Position numbers and translations under genes: made by a program
The notes under the pieces: model-generated
The model's input: the letters and a program-made list of their open reading frames with translations, nothing else
Database searches by the model: none
What the model was told of the DNA's origin: nothing
In this document: positions 51,064 through 60,961 of the stretch, piece after piece
Numbering within the stretch: position 1 is the stretch's first letter
Layout: each line of letters opens with the position of its first letter
IMG/VR virus record: IMGVR_UViG_3300027759_000001
From: a virus
Taxonomy: Duplodnaviria > Caudoviricetes
Direction: 5' to 3' (one strand)
DNA: 64,000 nt

Positions 51064-51633
51064 ATGAAAAATTTAATCTTTTCTTTATTCGTGAGTTTAT
51101 TTACACTCATGAGTTTTTCACAAACACCTATTGATGTTTATGTTATTAATCCTAACGGATGTCCTTATAGTATTACAAGTACATGGACAAGTCCTTTTGG
51201 TGGTGGTAACTCAACTATAATTTCAGTAGATAGTTTAATAAATCAAGATGTATGGCATTTGGAAGTTGCAGATTCTAGCAATCAAACAATGATAACGGTA
51301 TGTACAGTTCCAGCACCACCTTGTAATTGCCCTATTGAATGTATGGGACCAATTACTGTTACCCCAAACATGGCAATCACATTAATACTTTGTAATACTA
51401 TAAATGTTGACGAATTAAATGTTTTAACAATTGAAAACCCAATGGAGGGAGTAGTTGTATTCCCACTTTCTGAACCAACTAATTTTTATTTAATTAACTC
51501 AGAAGGAAAAATTATTAAGTGGTTAAAAAACACCACATCAGTGTCTTTTAATTCGGAAGAGTTACCTTCAGGTTTTTACCATTTAATTTTGGAAACTCAA
51601 ACAACTAAAAGAATATATAAACTATTAAAATAA
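51064..51633 (+). CDS. secreted protein with T9SS (Por) C-terminal sorting domain
   Basis: Signal peptide ending FSQ; ENP...LINSEGKII...ELPSGFYHLIL....YKLLK. Confidence 0.75.
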   Translation: MKNLIFSLFVSLFTLMSFSQTPIDVYVINPNGCPYSITSTWTSPFGGGNSTIISVDSLINQDVWHLEVADSSNQTMITVCTVPAPPCNCPIECMGPITVTPNMAITLILCNTINVDELNVLTIENPMEGVVVFPLSEPTNFYLINSEGKIIKWLKNTTSVSFNSEELPSGFYHLILETQTTKRIYKLLK

Positions 51634-51639
51634 AAAAAA

Positions 51640-52191
51640 ATGAAACAACTTGTAATTGACCAAGCCCATTCTGATTTGGGATTTAAAATCAGACACCTTA
51701 TGGTTTCTAATATAAAAGGAACCTTAAAAAACTATTCTGGTGGAATGAACTACACTATGGAAGATATGGGAGATGCCCAAATTCGTTTTGAGGCCGAGGT
51801 TAACTCAATCTCAACAGGAAATAGTGACAGAGACACACACCTTAACGCAGAAGACTTCTTTAATACGGAAAGATTCCCAAGAATGTATTTTGAATCAACC
51901 TATTTAAATATTACTGATGGTAAAATGAAAGGTGAAATGACAATCAAAGATACAACTAAAATTATTGATTTGATTGTTGATTATAATGGAAAATCAGTTG
52001 ATCCTTGGGGTAATACAAAACATGGGTTTGAAATTACAGGTGTTATTAATCGATCTGATTTTGATCTTACTTGGAATGCAACACTTGAGACAGGTGGTGT
52101 GTTGTTGGGTGATGAGGTTAAGTTAAATTTGGATGTTCAGATGATGGAATTAGTTGGTGAAACGGAACCACAAACTGAAATCGCAGAATAA
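51640..52191 (+). CDS. YceI-family lipid/polyisoprenoid-binding protein
   Basis: IDQAHSDLGFKIRHL, SISTGNSDRDTHL, DPWG..K.GF..TGVINRSDF. Confidence 0.93.
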   Translation: MKQLVIDQAHSDLGFKIRHLMVSNIKGTLKNYSGGMNYTMEDMGDAQIRFEAEVNSISTGNSDRDTHLNAEDFFNTERFPRMYFESTYLNITDGKMKGEMTIKDTTKIIDLIVDYNGKSVDPWGNTKHGFEITGVINRSDFDLTWNATLETGGVLLGDEVKLNLDVQMMELVGETEPQTEIAE

Positions 52192-52385
52192 TATAATTTT
52201 AGTAAAACAATAAAATATAAAATCCCTACTTACAACCTAAGTTAGATGTGGACTATATGAATTCAGGTGATTTCTGTGAGAACTCAACTTGTCTTGTAGA
52301 AGATTTTGATGGTAACTGGAAAATTATCACAGTAAAATAACAAAAAACTTTTGTAAACACAAACTAAATTTCATATATTTGTTGT

Positions 52386-52868
52386 ATGAATATTTTTCTA
52401 TTAGATACAGATACAAAAAAATGTGCACAATATCATTGTGATAAACACGTAGTAAAGATGATATTAGAAACCGCTCAGTTATTGTGTGGTGTTCATCATA
52501 TGACCGACCAAGTAACCGACCAAGTACCGTACAAGTTATCACACAAAAATCATCCCTGTGCAATATGGTCAAGAGAATCTCTATCAAATTATTTATACCT
52601 ATGTGATTTAGGTTTGGAGTTATGTAAAGAATATACATATCGTTATGGTAAAAGACATAAGTCTCAGGATGTAATAGAATGGTGTGTCACAAATAAACCC
52701 AACATTTGTGACAAAGAATTTACAGAGCCCGCACGAGCAATGCCAAATGAGTATAAAGTTGATAGTGTGGTAGAATCATATAGAAATTATTACATAGGTG
52801 AGAAATCAAAGATTGCCGTATGGAAGAATAGAGAGATCCCTGAATGGTTTAAAATGGAATTGGTGTAA
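52386..52868 (+). CDS. pyrimidine-dimer DNA glycosylase-like protein
   Basis: MNIF.LD...CAQYHCDKHVVKMILETAQLL, H.NHPCA.W, SYRNYY. Confidence 0.85.
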   Translation: MNIFLLDTDTKKCAQYHCDKHVVKMILETAQLLCGVHHMTDQVTDQVPYKLSHKNHPCAIWSRESLSNYLYLCDLGLELCKEYTYRYGKRHKSQDVIEWCVTNKPNICDKEFTEPARAMPNEYKVDSVVESYRNYYIGEKSKIAVWKNREIPEWFKMELV

Positions 52869-52900
52869 GTATATTATCAACCAATGATATATTTATTACT

Positions 52901-53746
52901 ATGAACTTACAAGAGAACATACAAAGAATTAGATCAATGATGGGTCTCAGGGAAGAAACTGAGATAAAAGATATTGATATGGATATTTCTTACAAATACG
53001 ATCCAAAAGTAATTGAAATTCAAAAAGAATTAACCAATAAAGGATATTATATTGGAAAATTTGGTGATGATAAAGATGGTATTGACGGAATATATGGTCC
53101 AATTACAAAGGCGGCACATGAATCTTACAAAAAAGAAATACCACCAGAAGAGTTTGAATCAAAAAAAACTGAAATGGCTAAAGAGTATGTAGATGAAGTG
53201 GATGTTAGTGATTTAAAAGAATTTAAATTTCATAAAATACCTGGAGGAACAAATAATTGGAGATCGGCTCAAATAACCGCAGATGTATTACCTTCAGTAA
53301 TTAAAAAATATGGTATAAAAAATATTATCAGAATGAGTGGTGATGACGAAAAACATAAAAGTGATCACCCTAAAACATCTTTAGATACTGAACAAAAAAT
53401 ATGTGAAGAAAATGATTGTACTTACCATTTTATTAATGCTCATAGTGGATATAAATTAGGTAAAGGTTATACTAAATCAATACAAAAAATTAATGACATT
53501 TTAAATCAAGGTAATACATTAATTCACTGTGCTCACGGTGCTGATAGAACTGGAGGAATGGTTGGTGCTTATCTTAAAAATAATGGTTATATGACAGATA
53601 AAGATGAATTATGGAAATATACCACACAATTTAATAGTTGGCAAAGCTTAATTAATAATAATAATTTTTTTGGAAGTGGTTACGACAAATATGCCGACGG
53701 ATTTTACCCTATCTCAGAATTAAAAAATTCAAAATGGGTTAAATAA
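52901..53746 (+). CDS. leader + PG-binding domain + Cys-based (PTP/DSP) phosphatase
   Basis: IQKEL..GIDGIYGPIT; WRSAQ; IHCAHGADRTG (CX5R). Confidence 0.88.
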   Translation: MNLQENIQRIRSMMGLREETEIKDIDMDISYKYDPKVIEIQKELTNKGYYIGKFGDDKDGIDGIYGPITKAAHESYKKEIPPEEFESKKTEMAKEYVDEVDVSDLKEFKFHKIPGGTNNWRSAQITADVLPSVIKKYGIKNIIRMSGDDEKHKSDHPKTSLDTEQKICEENDCTYHFINAHSGYKLGKGYTKSIQKINDILNQGNTLIHCAHGADRTGGMVGAYLKNNGYMTDKDELWKYTTQFNSWQSLINNNNFFGSGYDKYADGFYPISELKNSKWVK

Positions 53747-53756
53747 AAGATATAAT

Positions 53757-54239
53757 ATGACCTTACAAGAATCCATAAGAAAAGTATTAAGGGAAGAATC
53801 AATACAAGATAGTTTGTTTGACATGATTAAAACCGATGGATTTAAAAAGGCAGCAAAAGCCGTTGGTGGTGGTAAAAGATTAATGAAGATATTAAATATT
53901 GATGATGAAGATCTTGATGAATTTATATACCAATATCTAACGGATAATCTACATCCTGATTATAATTGGGGACCCAAATTACACAATTTATATAAAGAAG
54001 ATGTAAAAAAATATGGAATTTATGAATTTTCAATAAACGATAAGTATCGTTATGCGTATCTTGGTGAATGGGATGGTTATGATTACTTATACACTTTAGT
54101 AATTAGTGAATGGGCGAATAACGAATTAACATCATTATTTGGTGATAAATGGATTCCTGTATTTAAAAGATGGTTTGAGTATAACTCAGGTCTTGAAGTT
54201 AGGAAAATAGATTTAAAAAATAGATATTTACATTTATGA
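53757..54239 (+). CDS. hypothetical protein with leader
   Basis: MTLQESIRKVLREE. Confidence 0.8.
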   Translation: MTLQESIRKVLREESIQDSLFDMIKTDGFKKAAKAVGGGKRLMKILNIDDEDLDEFIYQYLTDNLHPDYNWGPKLHNLYKEDVKKYGIYEFSINDKYRYAYLGEWDGYDYLYTLVISEWANNELTSLFGDKWIPVFKRWFEYNSGLEVRKIDLKNRYLHL

Positions 54240-55006
54240 ACCTACAAGAAACCATAAGAAAAGTATTATCTGAAGAAACATTAAAGGATAGTTTAACTGA
54301 TCTAATTAAGACTGATGGTATTGAACGTGCATCAAAAACGGTTGGTGGTTTAACAAGGTTGGCAAAAATATTAGAACTTGATCTTGATGACGTAGATACT
54401 CAAGAAATGTTGGTTAAAAATTTTATTTACCATACTAAAATTGATCAGATTGATGTGTCATTTATTGAGGTTAGACCATCTGCTAGTGGAGGTAAGATTC
54501 TTACCATTAATTTAAAAACTGATGATACTGCGTCAAATGTAACAAGTTGGTATGTGCATGAGATATGTAATTATTTTAATGGGAGACAGGACTCACCAGA
54601 AGTGAATAAAAAATTATTTCCTTTTAAAGTAAAACCAGCATGGCATCCTGTTTTTGCTTTAAGTGGATGTAAAATATTTTTAGATGCTGAGATAGTTGAT
54701 GATGAAGAAGATGATGAGGACTTAATGGAATCTAAACAGAAAGGACCAAGAGAAATACCAAATGAATTAAAACGAAGATCACAACGTTTAGATGATCTAA
54801 TTGTAAAGGTAATAAAAGATATAGAAATATGTGAGTATAATACACCTGATGAGTTTATTTATGTGGTTGTTGACGAACTTATATGGGAGTTAAGAGATGA
54901 CTACCATGGAGACCTTAATAAGTTAGATAAATTTGATGTGACACAATATGTGTATGACTTCAAATACCGTGAGTTAGAAGATTATTTTCTTGAGAGTTGT
55001 CAATAA
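54236..55006 (+). CDS. hypothetical protein with leader and C-terminal RR domain
   Basis: MNLQETIRKVLSEE; ELKRRSQRLDDL..ICEY. Confidence 0.8.
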   Translation: MNLQETIRKVLSEETLKDSLTDLIKTDGIERASKTVGGLTRLAKILELDLDDVDTQEMLVKNFIYHTKIDQIDVSFIEVRPSASGGKILTINLKTDDTASNVTSWYVHEICNYFNGRQDSPEVNKKLFPFKVKPAWHPVFALSGCKIFLDAEIVDDEEDDEDLMESKQKGPREIPNELKRRSQRLDDLIVKVIKDIEICEYNTPDEFIYVVVDELIWELRDDYHGDLNKLDKFDVTQYVYDFKYRELEDYFLESCQ

Positions 55007-55102
55007 AGAATATACGATATTAAATAAAAATAATTAAAATTATGGATGTTTTGAATATACTTATTTTATGTAGATAATACATAAAAAAAAGACAATAAAA
55101 AA

Positions 55103-55717
55103 ATGACAATTACAGAACAGAGATTACAAGAATTAACTAAGATTGCCCCAACAGTATCAGTCAAAATGGATATGGAATGGTTGAGTTCAACAACAAACAC
55201 CGCAGACTTTCAGATCCGATTAACAAACACTGGTACATCAGTGATTAAATTAAATGCTTTGATTATTCGTGGTGTTCATTCACCAAAGATAACGACAGGA
55301 ACTATAACATGGAAGGCGTTAAATGACAATACTGATCCATCATGGTTAGGATGGCCTAAAAAAGGAACAGATAACTTACCATATATCTCAGGACAAAGGA
55401 AATTAAATTTCTCTTCAGCAACAAATATCTTTACCAATGAAACGTCTCCTATCATACCAACGGGAACAGGAGTAGTGGTTGGAACCTTTAGGGTTTCAAC
55501 AACAACAACATGGAACCCAAATAGCAACTTTGGTTTTGTATGGGAAATGACAACAGGTGGAGTTGTTGGTTATGTAAATTTTGAAACACAGTCTTCAACT
55601 ACATCACTACCAGTTGGTTTTATGCATTACGGACCAACAACAAATACAAATATAGGTAAATGTTTAACGGTAACATCACCTAATGAACAAATATTAAATA
55701 ACAGTCCAAAGATATAA
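55103..55717 (+). CDS. Thr-rich beta-sandwich-like hypothetical protein
   Basis: FQIRLTNTG; beta-rich composition. Confidence 0.7.
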   Translation: MTITEQRLQELTKIAPTVSVKMDMEWLSSTTNTADFQIRLTNTGTSVIKLNALIIRGVHSPKITTGTITWKALNDNTDPSWLGWPKKGTDNLPYISGQRKLNFSSATNIFTNETSPIIPTGTGVVVGTFRVSTTTTWNPNSNFGFVWEMTTGGVVGYVNFETQSSTTSLPVGFMHYGPTTNTNIGKCLTVTSPNEQILNNSPKI

Positions 55718-55730
55718 TAAACTATTAAAG

Positions 55731-55757
55731 ATCCTTCACTAATAATGGGGGATTTTT
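55731..55757 (+). terminator. intrinsic terminator
   Basis: ATCCTTCA...TGGGGGAT + T run. Confidence 0.75.
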
Positions 55758-55780
55758 ATTTATTAACATATTTATCTAAT

Positions 55781-55810
55781 ATGAACCTACAAGATAACAT
55801 TTTTAAATGA
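55781..55810 (+). pseudogene. orphan truncated leader (MNLQDNIFK*)
   Basis: ATGAACCTACAAGATAACAT matches leader DNA; TATTTAT at 55769. Confidence 0.65.
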
Positions 55811-56145
55811 AACGACTTGATACCCTATTAGAACTTTTAAAAACTTATGATTTACCATATGGGGAATACGCAGTGTTTGGTTCGGCTCCTCTTGTTATTA
55901 CGGGAATGATTAAAGACGTTAATGACCTTGATGTCATTATAAAGCCTAGATATTGGAGTTTTGATGGTGATGGAGAATATAGGACCAATGATATTGAATT
56001 TTTTGATAATTGGCCAGGTTTTGATGTTGACGATTTAATTGACAATCACACATTTGAATTTAATGGTGTGTTGTTTGTTTATCCTGAAAAGGTTATTGAA
56101 TATAAACGAAAACTAAATAGAATAAAAGATAAAGGGTTATTTTAA
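55807..56145 (+). CDS. minimal nucleotidyltransferase (Pol-beta superfamily)
   Basis: VFGSAPL..G..DVNDLDVII...IEFF. Confidence 0.75.
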   Translation: MKRLDTLLELLKTYDLPYGEYAVFGSAPLVITGMIKDVNDLDVIIKPRYWSFDGDGEYRTNDIEFFDNWPGFDVDDLIDNHTFEFNGVLFVYPEKVIEYKRKLNRIKDKGLF

Positions 56146-56151
56146 TCATAT

Positions 56152-56490
56152 ATGAACCTACAAGAAAACATACAAAGAATTAGAGAAATGATGGGGGTTA
56201 ACGAATCTTTTTTAGATTGGTTTAAATCATCCGACAGTAATAATGACGATGAGGATTTTTTAAAATCTGAAGAAGAAAGATTTACTTGTTCCGATTGCGG
56301 AGAAAAAGATTATAGTATGTACATGGTTAATGATGAGATATGGGACGAACATGGTAATGATAAATTAACTTTATGTAAGAGTTGTTTAGAAAAAAGAATG
56401 GGAAGGAAATTAACCAAAAAAGATATTTCACAACATAAAGATGCGTTAGTTAATATACATAATCCTGAAATGAAAGATTTAGAATATTAA
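56152..56490 (+). CDS. leader + Zn-finger protein
   Basis: MNLQENIQRIREMMGVNES; CSDCG...LCKSCLEKR. Confidence 0.8.
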   Translation: MNLQENIQRIREMMGVNESFLDWFKSSDSNNDDEDFLKSEEERFTCSDCGEKDYSMYMVNDEIWDEHGNDKLTLCKSCLEKRMGRKLTKKDISQHKDALVNIHNPEMKDLEY

Positions 56491-56491
56491 T

Positions 56492-56851
56492 ATGAACCTA
56501 CAGGAGAACATACAAAGGATTAGATCAATGATGAATCTGAATGAGTCAGATAAAAATAAGATTTGGTTATTAAGAAGACTGGAAACCCAAGATATAAAAG
56601 ATTACCTAAATGAACAAATTGATAGTTTAACCGATCAAATTAGTCCTTGTGGTTATAGTACATCTGAAGATTATAAAGATGTAATTTTTGAAGTTGCAAG
56701 TTCTAATTTTATTAATCATTTTAGTGATGAACTTTATGTTAAACATGAAATGTCAGAAATTGAAGAAATTATATGGGACTTATTAACTAAAAAATATGGT
56801 AATTACCTTATAAATCAATTTGACGGTAGAATCTGTGATGATGAGTATTAA
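56492..56851 (+). CDS. leader + RR..PC.Y domain
   Basis: MNLQENIQRIRSMMNLNES; WLLRRL..SPCGY. Confidence 0.8.
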   Translation: MNLQENIQRIRSMMNLNESDKNKIWLLRRLETQDIKDYLNEQIDSLTDQISPCGYSTSEDYKDVIFEVASSNFINHFSDELYVKHEMSEIEEIIWDLLTKKYGNYLINQFDGRICDDEY

Positions 56852-56852
56852 T

Positions 56853-57173
56853 ATGAACCTACAGGAACACATAAGAAAAGTATTAAAGGAAAACAATAAT
56901 GGATCAAAATTCTTTCATAGAAGAATTGATTTAGATGAGGTTAAATGGTTACTTTCAATTAATGCAGAACAAATATTTCATGAAACAAAAAGTTTTAAAC
57001 AATTTAAATATGAAGTAACTTTAAGGGCAGTGGAATCAATTATGTGGAATGAACATGGAATCGGGTGGGAAGATTTACCTGAACAAGAAGAAATAGATTT
57101 TGTTACAAAAGTATCAGATATGTTTGAGTACATGATTATAGATTTATATAAACATATTCGTGGTAAGTTATAG
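56853..57173 (+). CDS. leader + domain paralogous to N-terminus of 45248
   Basis: MNLQEHIRKVLKE; FFHRRID..WEDLP. Confidence 0.8.
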   Translation: MNLQEHIRKVLKENNNGSKFFHRRIDLDEVKWLLSINAEQIFHETKSFKQFKYEVTLRAVESIMWNEHGIGWEDLPEQEEIDFVTKVSDMFEYMIIDLYKHIRGKL

Positions 57174-57202
57174 ATCCTCCATTGTAGAATGGGGGATTTT
57201 TT
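57174..57202 (+). terminator. intrinsic terminator
   Basis: ATCCTCCATT-gtag-AATGGGGGAT + T run. Confidence 0.85.
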
Positions 57203-57337
57203 GTATATTTGTAATGTAGTCAGTTATTAATCATTAAAAAAAATATAGTTATGGAATTAAGTGTGGGGTTATTAGGTATTTGTGTATTAATTTTAATTGC
57301 CGTGTGGGATTTAAATAGTTAAAATAAACTTTGTGAT

Positions 57338-58027
57338 ATGTTAAAAGTATTAGTTTTAGGTCAAGGAAAATTAGGAACGGAGATAACCTACCAAACAAGG
57401 TGGGATAGTTTATCAAGAGGTAAGGATAACATAGATGTAAATAATTTTGATGAATGGGTTCATAAGATGAACGGATATGACGTAATTGTAAACTGTATTG
57501 CAAACACAAACACCTACTCCAACATAAAAGAAGAACACTGGAATGTTAACTATAAATTTGTATCACAACTTGTAACGTATTGTAATGAGATGGGATCAAA
57601 GTTAGTACATATATCAACGGACTATGTATACGCAAACTCAGTAGAATTAGCAAAAGAAACAGATGTTCCTGTACACGATAATAATTGGTATTCATATACT
57701 AAACTATTAGGTGATTCACATATAGAGTTAATGTCAAACAATTATCTTATCTGTAGATTATCACACAAAGATAATCCATTTACTTATGACCATGCGTGGA
57801 CAGATGTAAAAACAAATGCTGACTACACTGACGTAATATCATCATTGGTTGTGGGATTAATTAATTCTGATGTGAAAGGAATATATAATGTGGGAACGGA
57901 AGAGAAAACAATATATGATTTGGCGAAGAAAACAAAAGTAGATGTGAAAGAAACATTATCACCAACACACGTACCAAAGAATGTTACTATGGATATAAGT
58001 AAGTTATTAAAACTAAGGAAAGTATAA
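57338..58027 (+). CDS. rmlD: dTDP-4-dehydrorhamnose reductase-like SDR
   Basis: LGQGKLG, VNCIANT, HISTDYV, YSYTKLLGD, GIYNVG. Confidence 0.85.
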   Translation: MLKVLVLGQGKLGTEITYQTRWDSLSRGKDNIDVNNFDEWVHKMNGYDVIVNCIANTNTYSNIKEEHWNVNYKFVSQLVTYCNEMGSKLVHISTDYVYANSVELAKETDVPVHDNNWYSYTKLLGDSHIELMSNNYLICRLSHKDNPFTYDHAWTDVKTNADYTDVISSLVVGLINSDVKGIYNVGTEEKTIYDLAKKTKVDVKETLSPTHVPKNVTMDISKLLKLRKV

Positions 58028-58035
58028 AATGTGAG

Positions 58036-58764
58036 TTAATCGCAACTGACTAACTCACAATCTTCCATTCCCTCAACGTACTCTAACAGGTTGGTTAAAA
58101 GTTTTCCATCAAAATCAGTGAACCATTCACCTTTAACTTTTCTGTCTGAAAACTTGTTATGAATTCTACTTTCAATTAACTCAACACCCATACCTTTAAC
58201 AAACCAAGTCTTCTCAACCGAAATATCATATGGACATGAAGTATTAAGTATACGAAGTCTGTCACTTAAGTTATGAGTAATTCCTATTTTTTTAATAGGG
58301 TTTGAAGATAGATCAGGGTGAGTAGAGTCGTATTTTAAAAAATATAGAATACCTTTACTTACTTTGTAGTAATTGATGATCTGTTTTCTTGCAATTACAG
58401 GACTAAAGTTTCCTTTTTTATATAGTTCCGATACCAATATATCATCTCTTTTTAAATCCATCTCATAATAACCTTTTTTTATAAAGTCAATAAGTTGTAA
58501 CGGTTTCCATTTATGTATTAATAACATCTTAGTAAAGAATAAGTCATGAGTATCATTTATAAGGTGGTAATGAATGTCATCAATTTTATCGGCAATGTAT
58601 TTTCCGTAGTGAGGCCAATACTTAGTCATTCTAGATAAGATCATTTTACCTCTATCGTATTTTTCTTTTTTATGTAAGTCATTACGTTTACCTTGCATCC
58701 TAGGATACATTTCTATGGATTCAATAAAATAAAGTCGCTCTTTGTTTAATTCTTCAATATTCAT
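58036..58764 (-). CDS. GIY-YIG (T5orf172/Mug113-like) domain protein
   Basis: LYFLK..KIGIT..RL..LNTSCP..ESRIH..KGEWF. Confidence 0.85.
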   Translation of the reverse strand: MNIEELNKERLYFIESIEMYPRMQGKRNDLHKKEKYDRGKMILSRMTKYWPHYGKYIADKIDDIHYHLINDTHDLFFTKMLLIHKWKPLQLIDFIKKGYYEMDLKRDDILVSELYKKGNFSPVIARKQIINYYKVSKGILYFLKYDSTHPDLSSNPIKKIGITHNLSDRLRILNTSCPYDISVEKTWFVKGMGVELIESRIHNKFSDRKVKGEWFTDFDGKLLTNLLEYVEGMEDCELVSCD

Positions 58765-58937
58765 AGGTGTAAATTTTAAATAGGGGAGATTGACAGGAGA
58801 ACTTCCCGTGATTTAATACAAATATAAATAAATAAAAACATATAAACAAGAAATATTTAAAAATTATACCTGATACATTTTTCATGTATAAACAATTACC
58901 GTTTATATAAACAAGACTAATCTTTACTGTAATGAGG

Positions 58938-59747
58938 TTAAAGTATCTTTGACCCTTTTTTTAGGTTATCAGTTGCCCATAAAGGTTGTAAGTTGGTATA
59001 ATGATTAAGTTTAATAATTTCCTCCTTTATCTTTGTTGATGATAATGGAATTATGTGATCAATATGCCAACCAATAGGACCATAATTATCCCAAGACATT
59101 CCGTCAACAAATTTAGTTTCTATATAATCACGTAATTCCTGAGGGGTACAACCGATCATTTCATAGGTTGATTTTGATATCCTACTCATAATACCAATTA
59201 ATTTTAAATACGACCTAAGTCTATTTCTTAAGTTTGTTGTTAGTCGAAAAGACTCATCAACCTCCCTTCTTTTTTTAACGTACTTTGTCTGTCGTTTACT
59301 TATGTGTTCCGAATTATCTTTAGTGTATTGTTTTTTTTGATTTCCTATAGATTCTGAATTATTTTTGTAATATTCACGAGTAACTTTAACCCTACATTCT
59401 TTACATGCAGTGTTTAATCCATCTGATGTAATTCTAAGTTTACCAAAACACGACTTTTCTAAAATTTTTAAACAACTATAACAGTATTTCATACCTAATC
59501 TTTTAGACTCCTCAATAACGTCATTTTCTTTAATGACATCCTCCAAACTCATATTTCTTTTTTTAGAACTTTTTTTAAGTTGACGTATTTTAACGGATTC
59601 TTCAGTCTCGTTTTCTTTTCTATATTTTTTTATACATGATTTACAATCAATATTTAACCCATCTTTTATTACAATGTTTTTATAGAAATTTTCTTTTGGT
59701 TGTAATAACCCACATTTGCGACAAACTTTATTTTCCATAATAAACAA
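58938..59747 (-). CDS. HNH endonuclease with N-terminal CxxC repeats (homing-type)
   Basis: CRKC..CKSC, CYSC..CKEC; WHIDHIIPL..HYTNLQPLWATDNLKK. Confidence 0.9.
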   Translation of the reverse strand: MFIMENKVCRKCGLLQPKENFYKNIVIKDGLNIDCKSCIKKYRKENETEESVKIRQLKKSSKKRNMSLEDVIKENDVIEESKRLGMKYCYSCLKILEKSCFGKLRITSDGLNTACKECRVKVTREYYKNNSESIGNQKKQYTKDNSEHISKRQTKYVKKRREVDESFRLTTNLRNRLRSYLKLIGIMSRISKSTYEMIGCTPQELRDYIETKFVDGMSWDNYGPIGWHIDHIIPLSSTKIKEEIIKLNHYTNLQPLWATDNLKKGSKIL

Positions 59748-60961
59748 ATATAGTTAATCTAATTTATTTAGTAAAACAAAATTAATAAGAGTATAGGATC
59801 AATTTACTCATTCCATCCTACCGTTCGTAAACTCACTACGGATTTCATTCCTAATTTTATCCTATACTCTTTTACCGTCATACTCTGACCATACGGTAAA
59901 ATGTAAGTTATTTACCGTTTACATTCCTATTAAGGATATGTCCTATATTTTACCACATATCCTTTATCGTAATGGGGATTACTGTAATGTACATTTCGTT
60001 TACATGATGAGGTTATCAGGTATAGAAAGTTTACATTATATAATAGGTTAATCGGAATATATCCGTTTATCTATGATGTTGTTTACAGTAAACAGGTTAG
60101 TGTAAACCATTCGTATATGGATTCGTATATATACGGATAAATACGTATATAAGTCCACAACCTTATATGGTAAAATATAATTTACAAACTAAGGGGTATT
60201 TGTAAAAAGTATTTTCAGTTATCTAATGTACACTTAATCGACATGATCCATTCTAATGTCGAAAAAACACAAAAAAATCGACATGAGTAAACTTATACCC
60301 GATAGGGTATTAAATTATACCTTTAGTAAACAATTATACCTTATCGGGTATAAATTTCCCCCACATAAACTAATGACCCCATTTATAAGTAGACAAATCC
60401 ATTACACATTTTGCGTAACACATTATGTATAATTGTATGGGAGACCAAATGGTCTTGATGAAGGTAATTGTTATGGTGTGTTATTAGTTGGTAGATGAAA
60501 GGGACAATGAGTCTTATAAGGGAAATAACCCTATGGGTTTGTGTAGTATAAGAAACATTATGTCCCCACTTATTACCACTTTACTTGTATGTATTAGTTG
60601 TCTATTTTTAAGGGGTCAAAGGTTGAAAGGAACTTAAGTTGGACACTAAAGTGGTCGTTGAAGTTATCTTTTAGTGATCTACTAACGTCCTAAAGGACTG
60701 TCCACGGCTTATGTACCATAACTTCATATATTTAGCTGGAGTTTTTGTATATGGAAAAAAGTGGTCCTGTAGGTATCTACAGAGGGGATTTATTGGTCTT
60801 TACACTATCATCAGGTATGATTGTGGTGGTAAGAAGTGGTAAGTATATACTATAGTAAAAGTGGGAGAAAGTGGTAAAATCATTGTGTAGTGACGCGAAC
60901 GAGCCTGACATTTTGACAAAAACAAGTTTTTTAACATATTTATTTATTAACAATCCCCATT
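59748..60961. other. 1.2-kb non-coding region with nested inverted and direct repeats
   Basis: No ORF >=60 aa in track; IR element 60293-60353. Confidence 0.75.

Larger units (their letters stand above)
50896..52324 (+). repeat. 92-bp direct repeat (50896-50987 and 52233-52324) flanking a two-gene cassette
   Basis: 88/92 identical by manual alignment; duplicates the 3' end of the LpxH-like gene. Confidence 0.95.

Noticed and set aside
50896-52324. IS/transposon or DGR template/variable repeat pair
   Set aside because: No transposase or reverse transcriptase, no terminal inverted repeats, and only 4 mismatches, not all at adenines.
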